A stretch of 64,000 nucleotides of DNA from Chloroflexota bacterium (GCA_027623675.1 JAQBVF010000003.1:1-64000), one strand, 5' to 3'; positions 20,370-31,234 are shown, counted from the stretch's first letter. Numbers and translations are program-made. The notes: generated from the letters alone by a model not told the origin.

Positions 20370-20567
20370 ACACTGCCTGCCGCTTGGTGAGTCCGAGCCT
20401 TCTGGCGCAGGAAGCGGACTCCGGGCAGGGCTAGAAGTATTATACCGCAACACAGCCGGGATGGAACGATCTGGCCGCCACGGATGCAAAATGCACGCCG
20501 ATTCCGGCTCAGGGTAGATGCGGGCTTCCGGTAGCCGGAATCACGAGCCTGTGGATACCGGCTTTGG

Positions 20568-21143
20568 CTACTGATCAAGCATCTCCAAGGTCTTCTCCTC
20601 CAGCACTTCGCTGTTCAACGCTCCGGTCCACTTGTTGTGAATCGTGCCGTCGGCATTGATGAATATGGTGGTGGGCATACCCAAGACTTGGTATTTTTGG
20701 ACCACGTCGCTGTCCGGGGTGAAACCGGCAGGGTAGGTCAAGTCCAGTTCCCGCAACAGGTCCTTGGCATCATCCTGAGTGCCCAATCCGGTGAACTGGC
20801 CCAGGTCGATCCCCAGCAAAAGCGCCCGGTCTTTGAACTTGTCATTGAAAACTTCCAGGTCGGGCATCTCGGCCCGGCATGGGGGGCACAGTCCCGCCCA
20901 GAAGTTGAGCACGATGGGCCGTTCGCCGATCAGGTCTTGGAGAGTCACTTCCTGGCCGCCGACCACGTCATCACCCTGAAACATGGTGATGGCGAAATCG
21001 GGCGCCTGGCTACCTGCGCTGCTGCCGCAGGCGATCGCCGCCAACGTCAGCACCAACGCCAATGGGAGCAGGAACCTCACCTTGCTTTTCTTGATCGCGG
21101 CTCTCCCGCCGAGAGTCGAGTTGTCTATCGAATCGCCAGTCAA
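20568..21143 (-). CDS. TlpA/ResA-like thiol-disulfide oxidoreductase lipoprotein
   Basis: Lipobox AIAC, APDF, LNFWAGLCPPCRAEMP, GMPTTIFI. Confidence 0.88.
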   Translation of the reverse strand: MTGDSIDNSTLGGRAAIKKSKVRFLLPLALVLTLAAIACGSSAGSQAPDFAITMFQGDDVVGGQEVTLQDLIGERPIVLNFWAGLCPPCRAEMPDLEVFNDKFKDRALLLGIDLGQFTGLGTQDDAKDLLRELDLTYPAGFTPDSDVVQKYQVLGMPTTIFINADGTIHNKWTGALNSEVLEEKTLEMLDQ

Positions 21144-21338
21144 GGTTTCCTCCGCTAATTGTCATGGACCGGGCAGGCCACTGCTGCCTTCCATCTGAAC
21201 GTTCAGACTAGACGTTGTGAACTTTACGAAGGGTTAGATGTGGCCGCGCCGGTACGGGTTCATCTGTCGTTGTAGCTAATACGCCTGAATGCTAGGTGCG
21301 GTTTGCTGGGGTGCGAAAAGACCTGGCGGACGCAGGCG

Positions 21339-24300
21339 TTAGTCGGCTGACGCCTGAGTGCCCACCGCCTGCCGGAGGTTCTCCTGGAACGCGCCGAACC
21401 GCTCGAGCACCCTGGTCAGGCGGGACAGCCATTCGTCTCCCAGGCGGCGCAGGGGCATCTGCATCTGGGTGTTGCCGACCTGCACCGATGGGCCCAACGC
21501 CCGCTGCAACGGCACCCGCGCCCCACCCACCGGAACCCGCAGCGACATGACGATGGCGTCGTTGCCCTGCACCAGAGACTCCAATCCCACCGAGGCCGCC
21601 AGGGTCCGCAGGTTGGCCAGGGTCAACAGGTTCTCGACCTCTTCGGGCAGAGGGCCGAACCGGTCTCGAAGTTCCTCTCTTATCTCCGGCAAGTCGTCGG
21701 GGTCGGACAGCTTGGCCAGCCGTTGGTAGACCGCCAGCCGCGTGGGCAGATGATCGACGTAGTCCTCGGGGATGCGGGCGTTCATGGGAAGCTCGATACG
21801 GGGTAATTCGGGGGGCAGATCGCCGCCGTCCCCGCCGGATTCCTCGTCAAGTTCCCGCACGGCTTCGTTCAGCAGTTGGGTGTAGAGATCCAGGCCGACC
21901 TCTTGGATGTGGCCGCTCTGGGACGCGCCCAAGATGTTGCCAGCGCCGCGTATCTCCAGGTCGCGCATGGCGATGCGGAACCCAGCCCCCAACTCGGACG
22001 CTTCCAAGATGGCTTGGAGGCGGTGCTCGGCGCCCTCGGTGATGCGCCGGCCCCGCGGGGCCAGCAGGTAGGCGTAGGCGCGGTGTTCGCTGCGTCCCAC
22101 CCGGCCCCTCAGTTGGTAGAGCTGGGCCAGGCCGAAACGGTCGGCCCTTTCCACGATGAGAGTGTTCACATTGGGCATGTCCAGTCCGGACTCGATGATG
22201 GTGGTGCAGACCAGCACGTCGGCCTCGTGGTTGGCGAAATTCACCATCACATCTTCCAGTTCCGTCTCCGCCATCTGACCGTGGCCGACCATGACCCGCG
22301 CCTGGGGGACCATCTTGACGATCTCGGCGGCGGCTTGGTGGATGGTACGGACCCGGTTGTGCAGGTAGAAGATCTGGCCGCCCCGTTCCAGTTCCCGCAG
22401 GATGGCCTCTTTGATCACATCTTCCGAATATTCGGACACGAACGTTTTAACCGGCAGGCGGGCCTCCGGCGGCGAGTCCATGGTGCTGAGGTCGCGGATG
22501 CCGGCCAGGGCCATGTTCAACGTGCGGGGGATGGGCGTGGCGCTCAGCGTCAGCACGTCCACCTGTTGCCGCAACTGCTTCAGGCGCTCCTTATGGCTAA
22601 CCCCAAAGCGCTGCTCTTCGTCCACTACCGCCAGCCCCAGGTTCTTGAACTGCACGTCCTTCTGCAGCAGCCGGTGGGTGCCGATGACGATGTCCACCGT
22701 GCCGTCTTTCAGGCCGTTGATCACCTGTTGCTGCTCTTTGGGTGTACGGAACCGGCTCAATACCTCGACCGTGACCGGGAAGGGACTGAGCCGCTCGCTG
22801 AAGGTCGCGTAATGCTGCTGGGCCAGGACGGTGGTTGGGACCAAGATGCCCACCTGCATGCCGTCGTTCACCGACTTGAACGCCGCCCGGAGCGCGATCT
22901 CGGTCTTGCCGTAGCCCACGTCGCCGCAGATCAGCCGGTCCATTGGGCGCAGGGTCTCCATGTCGCCCTTCACGTCGATGATGGCCTTCGCCTGGTCCGG
23001 GGTCTCAACAAAGGGGAACGAATCCTCAAGCTCCTGCTGCCAGACGGTGTCCGCGCCGTGTTCGTGACCCTCCGCCAACGCCCTGGCGGCGTTGATGCGG
23101 AGCAGTTCCTGGGCCATCTCCCTGGTTGCGCCCTTGACCCGCTGCTTCACCCTGGCCCATTCGGCAGTGCTGAGGCGGGTTAAGGACGGCGGCTGGTCCT
23201 GCGCGCCAACGTAGGCCGACACCCGGTCCAGGTGGTCGGTGGGTACGTACAGCTTGTCGTTCTCCGCATATTCCAGGATGAGGTATTCCTTCTCATCCTC
23301 GTCGTCGCCGATGCGGGTGGTGCCGGCGAACCGGGCCACGCCGTGGTCGATGTGCACCACGTGGGCGCCGGGGACCAGGTCGGCTAGAACAACCTCCGGC
23401 CCGTGCTCGGCCTTGCGCCGGCGGTAGTGCCGCTGTTCCTTCACCGTGCCGAAAAGTTCCGAGTCGGTCAGCAGCACCAGACCCTTGGCAAGTACGTTGT
23501 CTGCTGCCTCGCCGTTGTCGTTCAGTTCGACGACCCAGCCGTCCCTCAATGAACCGGGCAGCAGGCAGACCTGGCCGGGCGAGGGCGCGCTGGTCAGTGC
23601 ATCCGCCTGGGTGACGCCGATGCCCTCCTGCTCCAATATCTCGGCCACCCGCCGTTGGTGCTGGGTGACGGCCACCACCGCGTAATCGGCTGACTGGTGG
23701 CGGCGCACGTCGGCGGCCAGGACTTCTAACTTGCCGAAATAAGGCGTGGCGGGCCGGAAGATCTTGTCTTCATCGTCGCCCACCCACGTTTGGAGCTGCA
23801 TCTGAGGCACGCCGCTCAGCCGGTTGGTGAACTCCTCCCAACCCATATAGGGGGGAGGGAAGTTGACCGGCAACTCGCCGCGGCCTTCACGGGCCTCACG
23901 CATGCGGTCGAAACGCTCTTCCAGCTCCTGGGCCTCGGCTTCCACCCGGCCCGAGCGTTCCAGCACCACCAGGCCGTTCGCGCCGATATATTCCATGAGG
24001 TGGGTCTGGTTGACCAGGCCGTTGTAAAAGGAGAGTGTTTCAGGGTTGGGCGACGAAGCCAGGTCTTCCAGCTCGCCGGCCATGCGGTCCTGGACCTCAT
24101 CGCCGCACTTGGCGTAGTCCATGGCCTGGATGCGGGCGGCCAGGACCTCAGGGTTGGTCATGCTGGGCAGCTGCTCCCGGGCAGGGGAGAGCCGCACCTC
24201 TTCGGCCTGCCGGATGGAGCGCTGTGACACTGGATCAAAGTAACGTATGGTGTCGATCTCGTCGTCCCAGAGTTCGATGCGCAGCGGCCACTCGGAGCCG

Positions 24301-24908
24301 GTCGGGTAGACGTCGATGATGCCGCCGCGGTGACTGAAACTGCCGGGAGCTTCCACAACGGGCTCGTTCCGGTAGCCCAGTTCCAGCCATTGGGCCAGCA
24401 GGGGGTTGATCCGGACCCGGTCGCCCTTCTTCCACAGACTCAGCTCGCCGGTGGCCGGGAAAACTCCGGCCATCAGTTCGGGAGGCAGGGTGTAGATTAG
24501 GGCGGAGCCGACCGAGCAGACGACCAGCGGCTGAACGTCGGGGGTGATGCCCGAGAACTTGCTGGCCGCCGCCAACGCCGTAAGGGCGCTGAGGCGCTGG
24601 TTGTTGGTGTTTGAGTCCACCGCCAGCCGCTCAAATGGCAGCACTTCAGGCTCGGGGAGCAGATGGATGGGTTGGTCGTCGCCCAGGTAGGTCAGCAATT
24701 GGTCGTGGAGGCTGCGCGCGTCGTCGGGACGTGGTGTGATGACCAACATGGGGCCCTGCTGGCGGCACCACAGAGAGGCCAGGAAGGCGGCCCGCGCGCC
24801 CTGACGCACGGTGACGCCCGAGGCCCCGCCCGGCTTACCGCCGACGTCCACATTGCCGCGGTGTTCGGGGTGCCGGCCCAGTAGTTCCAGGACTCCCAAA
24901 AGGGTCAT
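21339..24908 (-). CDS. mfd: transcription-repair coupling factor
   Basis: UvrB-like N-terminus, VVHIDHG RID, CGDVGYGKT, DEEQRFG, SATPIPRT, QLRGRVGRS, DLEIRGAGN, TRCF domain. Confidence 0.97.
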   Translation of the reverse strand: MTLLGVLELLGRHPEHRGNVDVGGKPGGASGVTVRQGARAAFLASLWCRQQGPMLVITPRPDDARSLHDQLLTYLGDDQPIHLLPEPEVLPFERLAVDSNTNNQRLSALTALAAASKFSGITPDVQPLVVCSVGSALIYTLPPELMAGVFPATGELSLWKKGDRVRINPLLAQWLELGYRNEPVVEAPGSFSHRGGIIDVYPTGSEWPLRIELWDDEIDTIRYFDPVSQRSIRQAEEVRLSPAREQLPSMTNPEVLAARIQAMDYAKCGDEVQDRMAGELEDLASSPNPETLSFYNGLVNQTHLMEYIGANGLVVLERSGRVEAEAQELEERFDRMREAREGRGELPVNFPPPYMGWEEFTNRLSGVPQMQLQTWVGDDEDKIFRPATPYFGKLEVLAADVRRHQSADYAVVAVTQHQRRVAEILEQEGIGVTQADALTSAPSPGQVCLLPGSLRDGWVVELNDNGEAADNVLAKGLVLLTDSELFGTVKEQRHYRRRKAEHGPEVVLADLVPGAHVVHIDHGVARFAGTTRIGDDEDEKEYLILEYAENDKLYVPTDHLDRVSAYVGAQDQPPSLTRLSTAEWARVKQRVKGATREMAQELLRINAARALAEGHEHGADTVWQQELEDSFPFVETPDQAKAIIDVKGDMETLRPMDRLICGDVGYGKTEIALRAAFKSVNDGMQVGILVPTTVLAQQHYATFSERLSPFPVTVEVLSRFRTPKEQQQVINGLKDGTVDIVIGTHRLLQKDVQFKNLGLAVVDEEQRFGVSHKERLKQLRQQVDVLTLSATPIPRTLNMALAGIRDLSTMDSPPEARLPVKTFVSEYSEDVIKEAILRELERGGQIFYLHNRVRTIHQAAAEIVKMVPQARVMVGHGQMAETELEDVMVNFANHEADVLVCTTIIESGLDMPNVNTLIVERADRFGLAQLYQLRGRVGRSEHRAYAYLLAPRGRRITEGAEHRLQAILEASELGAGFRIAMRDLEIRGAGNILGASQSGHIQEVGLDLYTQLLNEAVRELDEESGGDGGDLPPELPRIELPMNARIPEDYVDHLPTRLAVYQRLAKLSDPDDLPEIREELRDRFGPLPEEVENLLTLANLRTLAASVGLESLVQGNDAIVMSLRVPVGGARVPLQRALGPSVQVGNTQMQMPLRRLGDEWLSRLTRVLERFGAFQENLRQAVGTQASAD

Positions 24909-25101
24909 ATATTAAAGAATAGCTCCGGTAAAGTTGGAAAAAGACGCGCAGATAGGGCGTCTCGGCCACGATCTTAGGCAGACACGCCAATAAACGGAGC
25001 TGGCCAAATCACCAGCCCCTATGGATTCATTTTATGGCCTGGGGAGGTCTGTTACAAGCAAGATTCCGGCCTGGTCTAGATTCGTTGGCCGAGGGGGTGC
25101 G

Positions 25102-25110
25102 TGCTATAAT
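25102..25110 (+). promoter_or_regulatory. extended -10 promoter for proBA
   Basis: TGcTATAAT about 70 nt upstream of ATG 25180. Confidence 0.5.
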
Positions 25111-25179
25111 ATCCGGTGCGCTGGGCGGCCTCGGACCGCCCGTTTTTTTAGCCATTTTTCAGACTGGAATACCCGGACC

Positions 25180-26364
25180 ATGGTCAGAACAAGTCAGCAA
25201 TCCACATCTTCAATCACCGGCGCCGGAGGTCTCGGAACTCCCGATTCCGCCCTCAGATACCGGCGGATCGTGGTCAAAGCTGGGACCGCCGCACTTACCG
25301 GCCCCAACGGCTTGGACTCGGTCGTCATGGCCGATCTGGTCCGACAGGTCTGCCAGGTGCGCGACAGCTCAGGCGAAGTGCTGCTGGTGACCTCCGGCGC
25401 CATAGCCGCCGGCCGGGCGGCGTTGGGGCAGTCTCTAGGCGAGATGGGACCCGACATTTCATCCCGTCAGGTCTTTGCCGCCGTTGGCCAGAGCCGGTTG
25501 ATGCACACCTACGGCGAGATGTTCGCCTCCCACGGCGCCCAGATCGCCCAGACCCTTTTGACCACCACCGACCTGGCCGACCGCCAGTCTTACCTGAACG
25601 TGGGCAACACCCTCCAGCGGCTTTTGGAGCTTGGCGTGGTGCCGGTGCTGAACGAGAACGACGTGGTGGCCGTGGACGAGATCGGCGAGGTGTTCGGCGA
25701 CAACGACCGTCTATCGGCTCTGGTGGCCAACCTGGTGGATGCCGACCTGCTGTTGGTCCTGACCGACACCGAGGGCCTGTATTCGGCCGACCCACGCACC
25801 GACCCCAACGCCACCCTGATCACCGAGGTCGAGCAGGTCGACGCCGGCATCGAAAGCCTGGCGGGGGAGAACCTGCATCCCTGGGCCAGGGGCGGCATGG
25901 CCACCAAACTGGAAGCGGCCAGGCTGGTCACCACATCAGGCATACCCATGATTATGTGCCACAGCCGGGCCGCGGACGTGGTGGTCCGCGCCTCCCGTGG
26001 AGAGCCGGTGGGCACCTATTTCAAGCCTGCTGAGAGTAAGATGGAAGCCCGCAAGCGGTGGATGCTTAGCGGCATCTCCCAGCGGGGCCGGATCACGGTC
26101 GACTCTGGGGCGGCCGGAGCTCTCTTAGAGGACCACCGCAGCTTGCTGCCCGCCGGGATAAAGTCGGTGGACGGCGGGTTCAACCGTGGCGAGGCCGTAT
26201 TCGTGGTGGACCCCGCCGGCAAGAGGATCGCCTGCGGCATCGCCAACTACGCCGCCCGCGACATAGCGAAGATTCTAGGGCTGCGCTCGGACCGTATCGA
26301 GGAGACCCTGGGCTATCACTACGGCCAGGAAGTGGTGCACCGAAACAATCTGGTCCTCCTGTAA
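25180..26364 (+). CDS. proB: glutamate 5-kinase
   Basis: RIVVKAGT, VTSGAIAAG, AAVGQ, NENDVV, FGDNDRLSA, GGMATKL, C-terminal PUA domain. Confidence 0.95.
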   Translation: MVRTSQQSTSSITGAGGLGTPDSALRYRRIVVKAGTAALTGPNGLDSVVMADLVRQVCQVRDSSGEVLLVTSGAIAAGRAALGQSLGEMGPDISSRQVFAAVGQSRLMHTYGEMFASHGAQIAQTLLTTTDLADRQSYLNVGNTLQRLLELGVVPVLNENDVVAVDEIGEVFGDNDRLSALVANLVDADLLLVLTDTEGLYSADPRTDPNATLITEVEQVDAGIESLAGENLHPWARGGMATKLEAARLVTTSGIPMIMCHSRAADVVVRASRGEPVGTYFKPAESKMEARKRWMLSGISQRGRITVDSGAAGALLEDHRSLLPAGIKSVDGGFNRGEAVFVVDPAGKRIACGIANYAARDIAKILGLRSDRIEETLGYHYGQEVVHRNNLVLL

Positions 26365-26409
26365 GGCCCTTAACCAATACGACTGCCCTGTGATTGAGAC
26401 TACTACCCC

Positions 26410-27696
26410 GTGACCGAGATGACTGGAATCAAAGTTGAAGAGCTGAAAGCCCTGGGCGAGGCCGCCCGGAATGCTTCCCGCAAGCTGGCCCGGCTGTCCA
26501 CTGAAGACAAGAACCGGGCGCTGATGAACTTGGTTGGGCTGCTCCGGTCTGACCAAGCAGATGTGCTGGCGGCCAACCAAGAGGACTACCGGCAAGCCCA
26601 GGCCGACGGGCTGGACGAGTCCCTGCTGGACCGGCTGTTGTTAACCGGCGAGCGGCTGAACGGCACCGCCGACGAGCTAGAGCGGGTGGCCGAACTGCCG
26701 GACCCCATCGGTGAGGTGCTTGAGACGACCACCCTGCCCAACGGACTGGTCACCAGCCGCCGGCGGGTGCCCCTGGGCGTGGTGGGCAGCATCTACGAGT
26801 CCCGCCCCAACGTGACGGTGGACATCTTCGGCCTGTGCCTCAAGTCGGGCAACGCCTGCATCCTGCGGGGAGGCAAAGAGACCATCCGCTCCAACACGGC
26901 GCTGGTGGCGCTGCTGCGCCGGGCGCTGGCCGACGCCGGGGTGACCGAGGATGCGGTCCAGTTCATCGACAACCCCGACCGTGAGCTGGTGGACGCCATG
27001 CTCAGGATGAACGACCATATCGACCTGCTCATTCCCCGGGGCGGCGCCAGCCTGGTCAGATTCGTGGCCGAGAACGCCACCATGCCGGCGGTTACCGGCG
27101 GCATCGGCGTCTGCCATACCTACGTGGACCGGGCCGCCGACCTGAAGATGGCGGTGGCGGTCGTGCACAACGCCAAGGTCAGGCGTCCGTCCATCTGCAA
27201 CGCCCTCGACACCGTGCTGGTGCACTCGGAGATCGCCGCCCAATATCTGCCCCTCATCGCCAAAGATATGGCCGGTTCTGGGGTGGAACTCCGCTGCGAT
27301 AACCGGACCTTAAGCATATTGGGTCCAGACGCGCCGGGCTCGGCCGTCCCGGCCAACGAGGACGATTGGGGGCGGGAGTTTCTCTCGCTCACCGCCGCCG
27401 TGAAGGTGGTGGACTCCCTGGATGACGCGCTGCAGCATATCGAGACCTACGGCTCCGGGCACTCAGAGGCAATCATCACCGAGGACCAGGCGTCGGCCAA
27501 CCGGTTCCTAGACGAGGTGGACGCGGCGGCGGTCTACGTCAACGCCAGCACCCAGTTCACCGACGGCGGACAGTTCGGCCTGGGCGCCGAGGTCGGCATC
27601 AGCACCCAGAAGTTCCATGCCCGCGGACCATTGGGCCTGAAAGAGTTGACCTCTTACAAGTGGGTGATCGTCGGCAGCGGCCAAGTAAGGCCATAG
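26410..27696 (+). CDS. proA: gamma-glutamyl phosphate reductase
   Basis: VPLGVVGSIYESRPNVT, IPRGG, SICNAL, GSGHSEAI, NASTQFTDGGQFGLGAEVGISTQKFHARGP. Confidence 0.96.
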   Translation: MTEMTGIKVEELKALGEAARNASRKLARLSTEDKNRALMNLVGLLRSDQADVLAANQEDYRQAQADGLDESLLDRLLLTGERLNGTADELERVAELPDPIGEVLETTTLPNGLVTSRRRVPLGVVGSIYESRPNVTVDIFGLCLKSGNACILRGGKETIRSNTALVALLRRALADAGVTEDAVQFIDNPDRELVDAMLRMNDHIDLLIPRGGASLVRFVAENATMPAVTGGIGVCHTYVDRAADLKMAVAVVHNAKVRRPSICNALDTVLVHSEIAAQYLPLIAKDMAGSGVELRCDNRTLSILGPDAPGSAVPANEDDWGREFLSLTAAVKVVDSLDDALQHIETYGSGHSEAIITEDQASANRFLDEVDAAAVYVNASTQFTDGGQFGLGAEVGISTQKFHARGPLGLKELTSYKWVIVGSGQVRP

Positions 27697-27739
27697 CTCA
27701 GGTGTTAACCGGGGCGGCGAATCAGGGAGGGACCTATCT

Positions 27740-28048
27740 TTGGCGGATCTAAGCTTTGAACGTGAGGTACGCACACCATATTCCGAGGCGTACCTGGTCA
27801 TGGAGGCGGACCGGCAGGTGGGCCGCGTCGATATCCATTTCACCTCCGAGATGGTGCACGCCGCCGTGTCGGTGGATGAAAGCCTGACCCAGGAGACCAT
27901 CCAACAGATCATCGACACCGTGGACGAAGACATCATAGATGCGGTTGGCGTCAACCGGGGGAACTTTGTGGTCCACGTCTTCCAGGGACGTGAGACGGCG
28001 GTCTTCGGCGACGAGAACGAGTTCAGCGAAGACGGCAGCGACCACTAG
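27740..28048 (+). CDS. hypothetical acidic protein
   Basis: Strong GGGAGGG RBS and TTG start; 102 aa; no family recognised. Confidence 0.7.
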   Translation: MADLSFEREVRTPYSEAYLVMEADRQVGRVDIHFTSEMVHAAVSVDESLTQETIQQIIDTVDEDIIDAVGVNRGNFVVHVFQGRETAVFGDENEFSEDGSDH

Positions 28049-28261
28049 AGCCCATGGCGGCGAGATAACCACCCGCCCGGCGTGAAGCGGTCGCATGGGT
28101 ATTTCAATCTGATCTACATCGAGTATCGCCGTACCGGCGGGCGTAAACCGGCTCTTTTTGCTATCCAGCGCAGAATGATGCAACGATCGGTTTATTTTGG
28201 TTGTGCTTAACCACTTCTGAAGTTAAATGACTCCTATTACAAAGGTCATTTTACCCCCGAG

Positions 28262-29590
28262 TTGGTGCGCCTACTGACCGCGGTCGCCCAAAACCTAGGG
28301 GCGATGCTGGAGAACGCCCGATTGAACGAACAGGTGCGCGTTGAATTGGAGCAGCGAGAAAGGACGGAGGTGCATCTTCGTCATCGGACGGAAGACCTGG
28401 AGATCCTGTTGGGGTTCGCCCGAGCGGCCACGGGACCGGGTAGCCTGGAAGAGAAATTGGCCGGTGAGATGGAGGCGTTGCGGAAATTGTCTGGGTCCGA
28501 CCTGCTAACCCTTAGAGTCCCTGATCCGGACTCCGACGCTATGGAGCTGATAGCCCAATCCGGCACAGGAATGTTTGCCCATAGGCCTAGGGTAATGACC
28601 GGCAGTGCGGCATCGTCTGCTTTCAATTCGGGAGATGCGGTGACCGTCAACGACTACGCGGCGTCGCCCAATCGGGATGATACGATCGCCGCGCAAGGAA
28701 TCAGGTCCCTAATGGCCATGCCGGTCAAGGTCAACGACCAGATCATAGCTGTCCTCCTCGCCCTATCGGAGGAAAAAGACCACTTCACCACTGACCTGGT
28801 CACCCGACTGACCAGACTCGTCAGCGGCATTGGGGCCATCTTGGAGAATACGCGGCTCAACCAGGAGATACTGCTGGGAGAGGAACTCCAAAGGCGCCGC
28901 GATACATTTGTATCCCTGGCCTCACACGAGCTGCGTACCCCCATGACCTCAATCATGGGGTTCTCGGAGCTGTTGTTGTCGCGTGACCCATCGGCAGAGC
29001 AACGGGCCGATTGGCTTGGGCGTATCAATCGGGAGAGCAAAAGGCTCACCGGCATCATCGATGATTTATTGGACGTATCCCGCATCCAGTCGGGGAGACT
29101 CGTCGTTGACCTCCGGCCATTGGCATTGGGCTGGGTAATGCGAGACGCCGCAGATTTTGCGAGGTCTATCTCAGATATTCACGACATCGTCGTTGACATC
29201 CCAGAGGGGACCGCTTCCGTTTTGGCCGACGAAGATAAACTTGGGCAGGTCTTGACCAACCTATTGACCAACGCGGTCAAATACAGTCCTCAAGGTGGCA
29301 GGATCCAAATTCGCGCGGCAACTGCGCCCGGAGGTGAAAGGGTGGTGATCACCGTGACGGACAATGGGATCGGCATTGGCGCGGATGACCAAGCTAATCT
29401 GTTCACTCTATTCCACCGTATCGTACGCCCCGAAACTAGCCGGATACTAGGGACTGGTCTCGGACTGTACATCGTGATGGAGTTGGTCCGGATGATGAAA
29501 GGGGATGTCTGGCTGGAAAGCGAGGTGGGTAAGGGCTCCACGTTCTACGTATCCCTTCCGTCCGTCAATGCAAACCCGGTAGGGATATAA
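28262..29590 (+). CDS. GAF-domain sensor histidine kinase (N-terminus apparently truncated)
   Basis: GAF domain, SHELRTPMT H-box, NLLTNAVKYS, DNGIG, GTGLGL. Confidence 0.85.
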   Translation: MVRLLTAVAQNLGAMLENARLNEQVRVELEQRERTEVHLRHRTEDLEILLGFARAATGPGSLEEKLAGEMEALRKLSGSDLLTLRVPDPDSDAMELIAQSGTGMFAHRPRVMTGSAASSAFNSGDAVTVNDYAASPNRDDTIAAQGIRSLMAMPVKVNDQIIAVLLALSEEKDHFTTDLVTRLTRLVSGIGAILENTRLNQEILLGEELQRRRDTFVSLASHELRTPMTSIMGFSELLLSRDPSAEQRADWLGRINRESKRLTGIIDDLLDVSRIQSGRLVVDLRPLALGWVMRDAADFARSISDIHDIVVDIPEGTASVLADEDKLGQVLTNLLTNAVKYSPQGGRIQIRAATAPGGERVVITVTDNGIGIGADDQANLFTLFHRIVRPETSRILGTGLGLYIVMELVRMMKGDVWLESEVGKGSTFYVSLPSVNANPVGI

Positions 29591-29608
29591 GCTAATCGAG
29601 GTGACTGG

Positions 29609-29989
29609 ATGCCCAGAAAGATAATGTTGGCTGATGACGAAGAAGGCGTCTTGGCGCTGGTTGCAGCGACATTGGAAGACCCGGAACGGTATGAGTTGAT
29701 CCTGGTGGACAACGGCGACGACGCCCTGCACACCGCGCGGGCGGAGATGCCGGATCTACTGTTCTTGGACGTGATGATGCCCTACAAGGACGGGGTTGAA
29801 GTCTGCCGTCTCTTGAAGAATGACCCGGCGACCGCAAGCATGAAGATTGTGATGCTCACGGCCATGTCTCAATCGGTCGACCGGACCGCCGCCTCCTTGG
29901 CAGGCGCTGACGACTACTTCACCAAACCGTTCAGTCCAACCGCTCTGCTGGAGAAGGTGGATGAGGTGCTGGGGGAATCCGGTGATTAG
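29609..29989 (+). CDS. single-domain response regulator (CheY-like)
   Basis: LADDE, DLLFLDVMMP, MLTA, KPF. Confidence 0.9.
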   Translation: MPRKIMLADDEEGVLALVAATLEDPERYELILVDNGDDALHTARAEMPDLLFLDVMMPYKDGVEVCRLLKNDPATASMKIVMLTAMSQSVDRTAASLAGADDYFTKPFSPTALLEKVDEVLGESGD

Positions 29990-30061
29990 GCCAGCCCGAG
30001 TCTGGCATGCATATCCGGAACTATTCCGGGTCTAGGAATACGGTCATGGATAATTACCAGC

Positions 30062-30757
30062 GTGGATAATCACGAGGCCCACATACTTGTTGTCGATGAT
30101 GATGAGAACGAACTAGAACTCCTGAGGGTGATTCTAGAGCCGGCGGGATACCGCGTGGACTTGACTTCGGACGGGCTCGAGGGCCTCCGCGCGTTCTTTT
30201 CCGATGTGCCAGACCTGGTGTTGCTGGATGTCCACATGCCAACGATGGACGGCTGGGAACTTCTGGATAGGATCCGCCAGGTGTCTGAAGCTCCGGTGAT
30301 AATGTTGACCGGAATGACCGACGAGCGGCATAAGGTCCAGGGGTTACGGAACGGCGCCGACGATTATGTGACAAAACCATTCGGCGAGCGGGAACTCTTA
30401 GCCCGGGTCGACGCCGTTTTACGGCGGTCCAAGACCCAGCCGGAGGCCCCAGATATCTATCAAGACGCAGACCTAAGGCTGGATATTTCCCGGCGTGAGG
30501 TCTATGTGTGCGCCCAGCGGGTCGAGCTGTACCCGACGGCGTTCAACCTTCTGGTGGCCTTGGTCCAGAACCGGGGCATAGTGCTGAGCGCTGACCGGCT
30601 GCTGGAATTATGTTGGCCTGACCGTTACAGAGGGCGCGGGACCGTGCGAACGGGCATCGGGATCCTGCGCAAGAAACTGGTTGCGGCTTCGGGAGGCCGC
30701 GAACTGGTGGAAACAGTGAAGGGGTTCGGCTACCGGTACACCGGCCGGGAAGCGTGA
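30062..30757 (+). CDS. OmpR/PhoB family response regulator
   Basis: VVDDD, LLDVHMP, GADDYVTKPF, winged-helix end LRKKL..ETVKGFGY. Confidence 0.9.
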   Translation: MDNHEAHILVVDDDENELELLRVILEPAGYRVDLTSDGLEGLRAFFSDVPDLVLLDVHMPTMDGWELLDRIRQVSEAPVIMLTGMTDERHKVQGLRNGADDYVTKPFGERELLARVDAVLRRSKTQPEAPDIYQDADLRLDISRREVYVCAQRVELYPTAFNLLVALVQNRGIVLSADRLLELCWPDRYRGRGTVRTGIGILRKKLVAASGGRELVETVKGFGYRYTGREA

Positions 30758-30786
30758 CCTGAATCAAGACCGGTGGAGGTATTCAT

Positions 30787-31128
30787 ATGGCTGAAGAAGG
30801 AGCGCAAGGATCTGATTCGTTCCAAGGGATGGACCGGGCGCAGCTTGAGATATATGTCAGGGAATTTCAACAGCATTACCGTGGCGAGCGCCGCCTCCGA
30901 AGGGAATTGGAGCGGCACAACAAGGAATTGGAACAGCGGGTCCGCGAAGTGACGGCGCTGAACAAGGTGTTTCAACAACACCTTGTGGAAAGGGATGAGA
31001 TGGTGGCCGCCTACAAGGAACTGATGGCCGGCCTGGAACAAGTCTCCAGGGTCGGTTTGGCCTTGGTGGAGCGGGCCAAAGCCCAGCCGTTGCCCGACCA
31101 ACATGCCGGAGAAGAACCGGCCACCTGA
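30787..31128 (+). CDS. hypothetical coiled-coil protein
   Basis: GGAGG RBS; heptad-rich sequence (ELERHNKELEQRVREVTALN) resembling signalling-helix segments. Confidence 0.65.
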   Translation: MAEEGAQGSDSFQGMDRAQLEIYVREFQQHYRGERRLRRELERHNKELEQRVREVTALNKVFQQHLVERDEMVAAYKELMAGLEQVSRVGLALVERAKAQPLPDQHAGEEPAT

Positions 31129-31234
31129 CTCCAGGCCGAACAGTTTTGGGAGCCACGGCCGAGTAGTTTATTTCTGACCGGACCTGCCAGTGACCCGGAT
31201 CCCGGGTTAATCATGTCCGACGTCTACCCGGGGT

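Noticed and set aside
21876..23183. 435-aa ORF opposite mfd (likewise 58172..59326 opposite ileS, 41706..42473 opposite ffh, 53860..54813 opposite the kinase)
   Set aside because: Shadow ORFs arising from codon bias on the antisense strand of clear genes.
30062..30757. This OmpR regulator as the GlnR that binds the 8156-8215 array
   Set aside because: It has a canonical receiver and sits with its own kinase cassette; nothing links it to nitrogen control.
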